64,000 nucleotides of DNA, from positions 2,666,001 to 2,730,000 of the forward strand of contig OZ287068.1 in the NCBI GenBank assembly GCA_965645245.1, written 5' to 3'. Of this stretch, positions 62,555 to 64,000 are shown in pieces (position 1 is the first letter of the stretch; each line of letters begins with the position of its first letter). The translations under genes and the position numbers were made by a program. The DNA is from Massalongia carnosa (Eukaryota). The notes below the pieces were generated by a model. The model saw nothing but the letters and a program-made list of their open reading frames with translations. It was not told the DNA's origin and did no database searches.

Positions 62555-64000
62555 CGAGTAGATATTGTCTTGTTTCTGTCGCTGTATTCATGTTGCAGGT
62601 CTGATTCCTACAGACATTCAAAACAAAGCAACAGTCGAGAATTCTAGTCAGCCCCTAAACCTCAACATGTCTCTGGCCAAGGATGGGCGTGTGCAAAAGC
62701 CACATCATCTGGGCGAGCACACAGGTCGGGATTTCTTGGATAGAGTTGAGAGTCGACCATTGAAAACATTCTTAACGTATACTTGCCATTTCGGCTTTAC
62801 GAGTTGATACCGTCCTAGCAACCGTTAAGATCACATAGCGATCTTCTACAGACCCATAACCTTTATAGGGTATTAGAGCTGGCTATAGATCATCTACAGT
62901 CTGTCAAGATCTCTCATCTGCTGATGATTCTGGAGTATTATGGAGGACTTTGATTGCAGATACACATCATGATAAACCAGCTACCGATATTCCGGCCGGA
63001 TGTTTCACGACTGGCTAATGTCCTTATTATGAAAGACCTGCCACTAGGTTTCGGAATTTAATTCCCTTGAATTCATAAGATCGACCAAGAGAACAAGATC
63101 GTGAGCTCAAAATATTGGACAACAGCGGCTCGGGGCCTGACCCAGACATTATAGCCATGCCTTAAACAGTAAATCAGGTGGGACTTATCAAAATATTGTA
63201 CATAACAGCATGGAATACAAACATAACATGCACCAGGGGCACATCAAGCGGCGGCTGTTTTGAACGAGTAACTCCCTCTTAGGACTAGACTCCGAGTCAC
63301 TTCGCGTCGACGACAAAGTGGTTATTGCAACAGGCTCAGATGTGCCGCTGATTCTGAGATCGGTGGCCGGCAGACCCAATGCCTTTTAATTTCTTGGTCA
63401 AGCATACGTTCACGGGACCATGCACGGAGAGGCGCTGAAATTTTTTTTTTGAAATCCATTCATCTTTCGAAAACATTGCCCTTGTGTGGTTGAAATTAGT
63501 GAGTTTAGACAACAACCAGCTTCTTCCCCTATTTCCCCGGCCACCTGGCATAAGGCCATAAAAGCAAGAGCTTTACTAGCGATGGTCTGTTTGACAGTCA
63601 AATATTTGAAATCCACGAGCATTCTCAGACGTGCAGATATATCTCTCCCGACAACAGCCCAGGACGGGCGGAAACTATAACGTCTCGGGCACTCTTATCA
63701 CACCTACAGAGTAAGCACGTTACTCTATAGAGATACTTCGAAGTGCTCACTATCGGGGCGAGGCCTTTCTAGCTAAAAGATGGAAGGTGGGTGCCCTAGG
63801 ATCGGACGATCGTGCTTGCAGTAGCCACCTTATGCCCGAAAAGGCTTATTTAACAGACCCAAAGTGCTCGCCATGAGGGATATGTTGACTCTACCACCAT
63901 GTCACACGTCCACACCATTTCAGCGTTAATAAACTTAGTTGAGCCAGTGTCTCTGTCAGGGAAATGAGATAACGAGACGGTGGGTGCAATGACTAAACTT

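Overview
This is eukaryotic DNA from a filamentous ascomycete (Pezizomycotina-type genes with short GT-AG introns and CTRAC/CTAAC branch points); the species cannot be determined from the sequence. Housekeeping genes reconstructed by splicing: MAK10 (NatC subunit), an Abp2-family protein, SSL1 (TFIIH p44), CHS7, an MFS sugar porter, PMT2, a CTL/Pns1-family transporter, a Rab2/Rab4-like GTPase, a Hook protein, NCE101, ATG8, HEM13 and a small ankyrin protein. Accessory or secreted genes: a class 3 lipase, a cupin, a pepsin/yapsin-like protease and two small Cys-containing secreted proteins. Mobile or decayed DNA: a stop-interrupted Tc1/mariner at the left edge, an intact piggyBac-family element with perfect TIRs, an HNH-nuclease pseudogene and a degenerate tRNA-like element. 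The most notable observations are (1) the piggyBac-family element lacks the canonical TTAA target duplication (TA- or AT-type instead); (2) the sugar porter has a 141-codon AUG-free N-terminal extension starting at GCCACC-ATT, a candidate non-AUG start; (3) a 9-mer TAC[A/G]GAGTA recurs in non-coding DNA, forms a tandem array and lies beside both transposon ends. All family calls come from motif recognition by eye; no searches were run.
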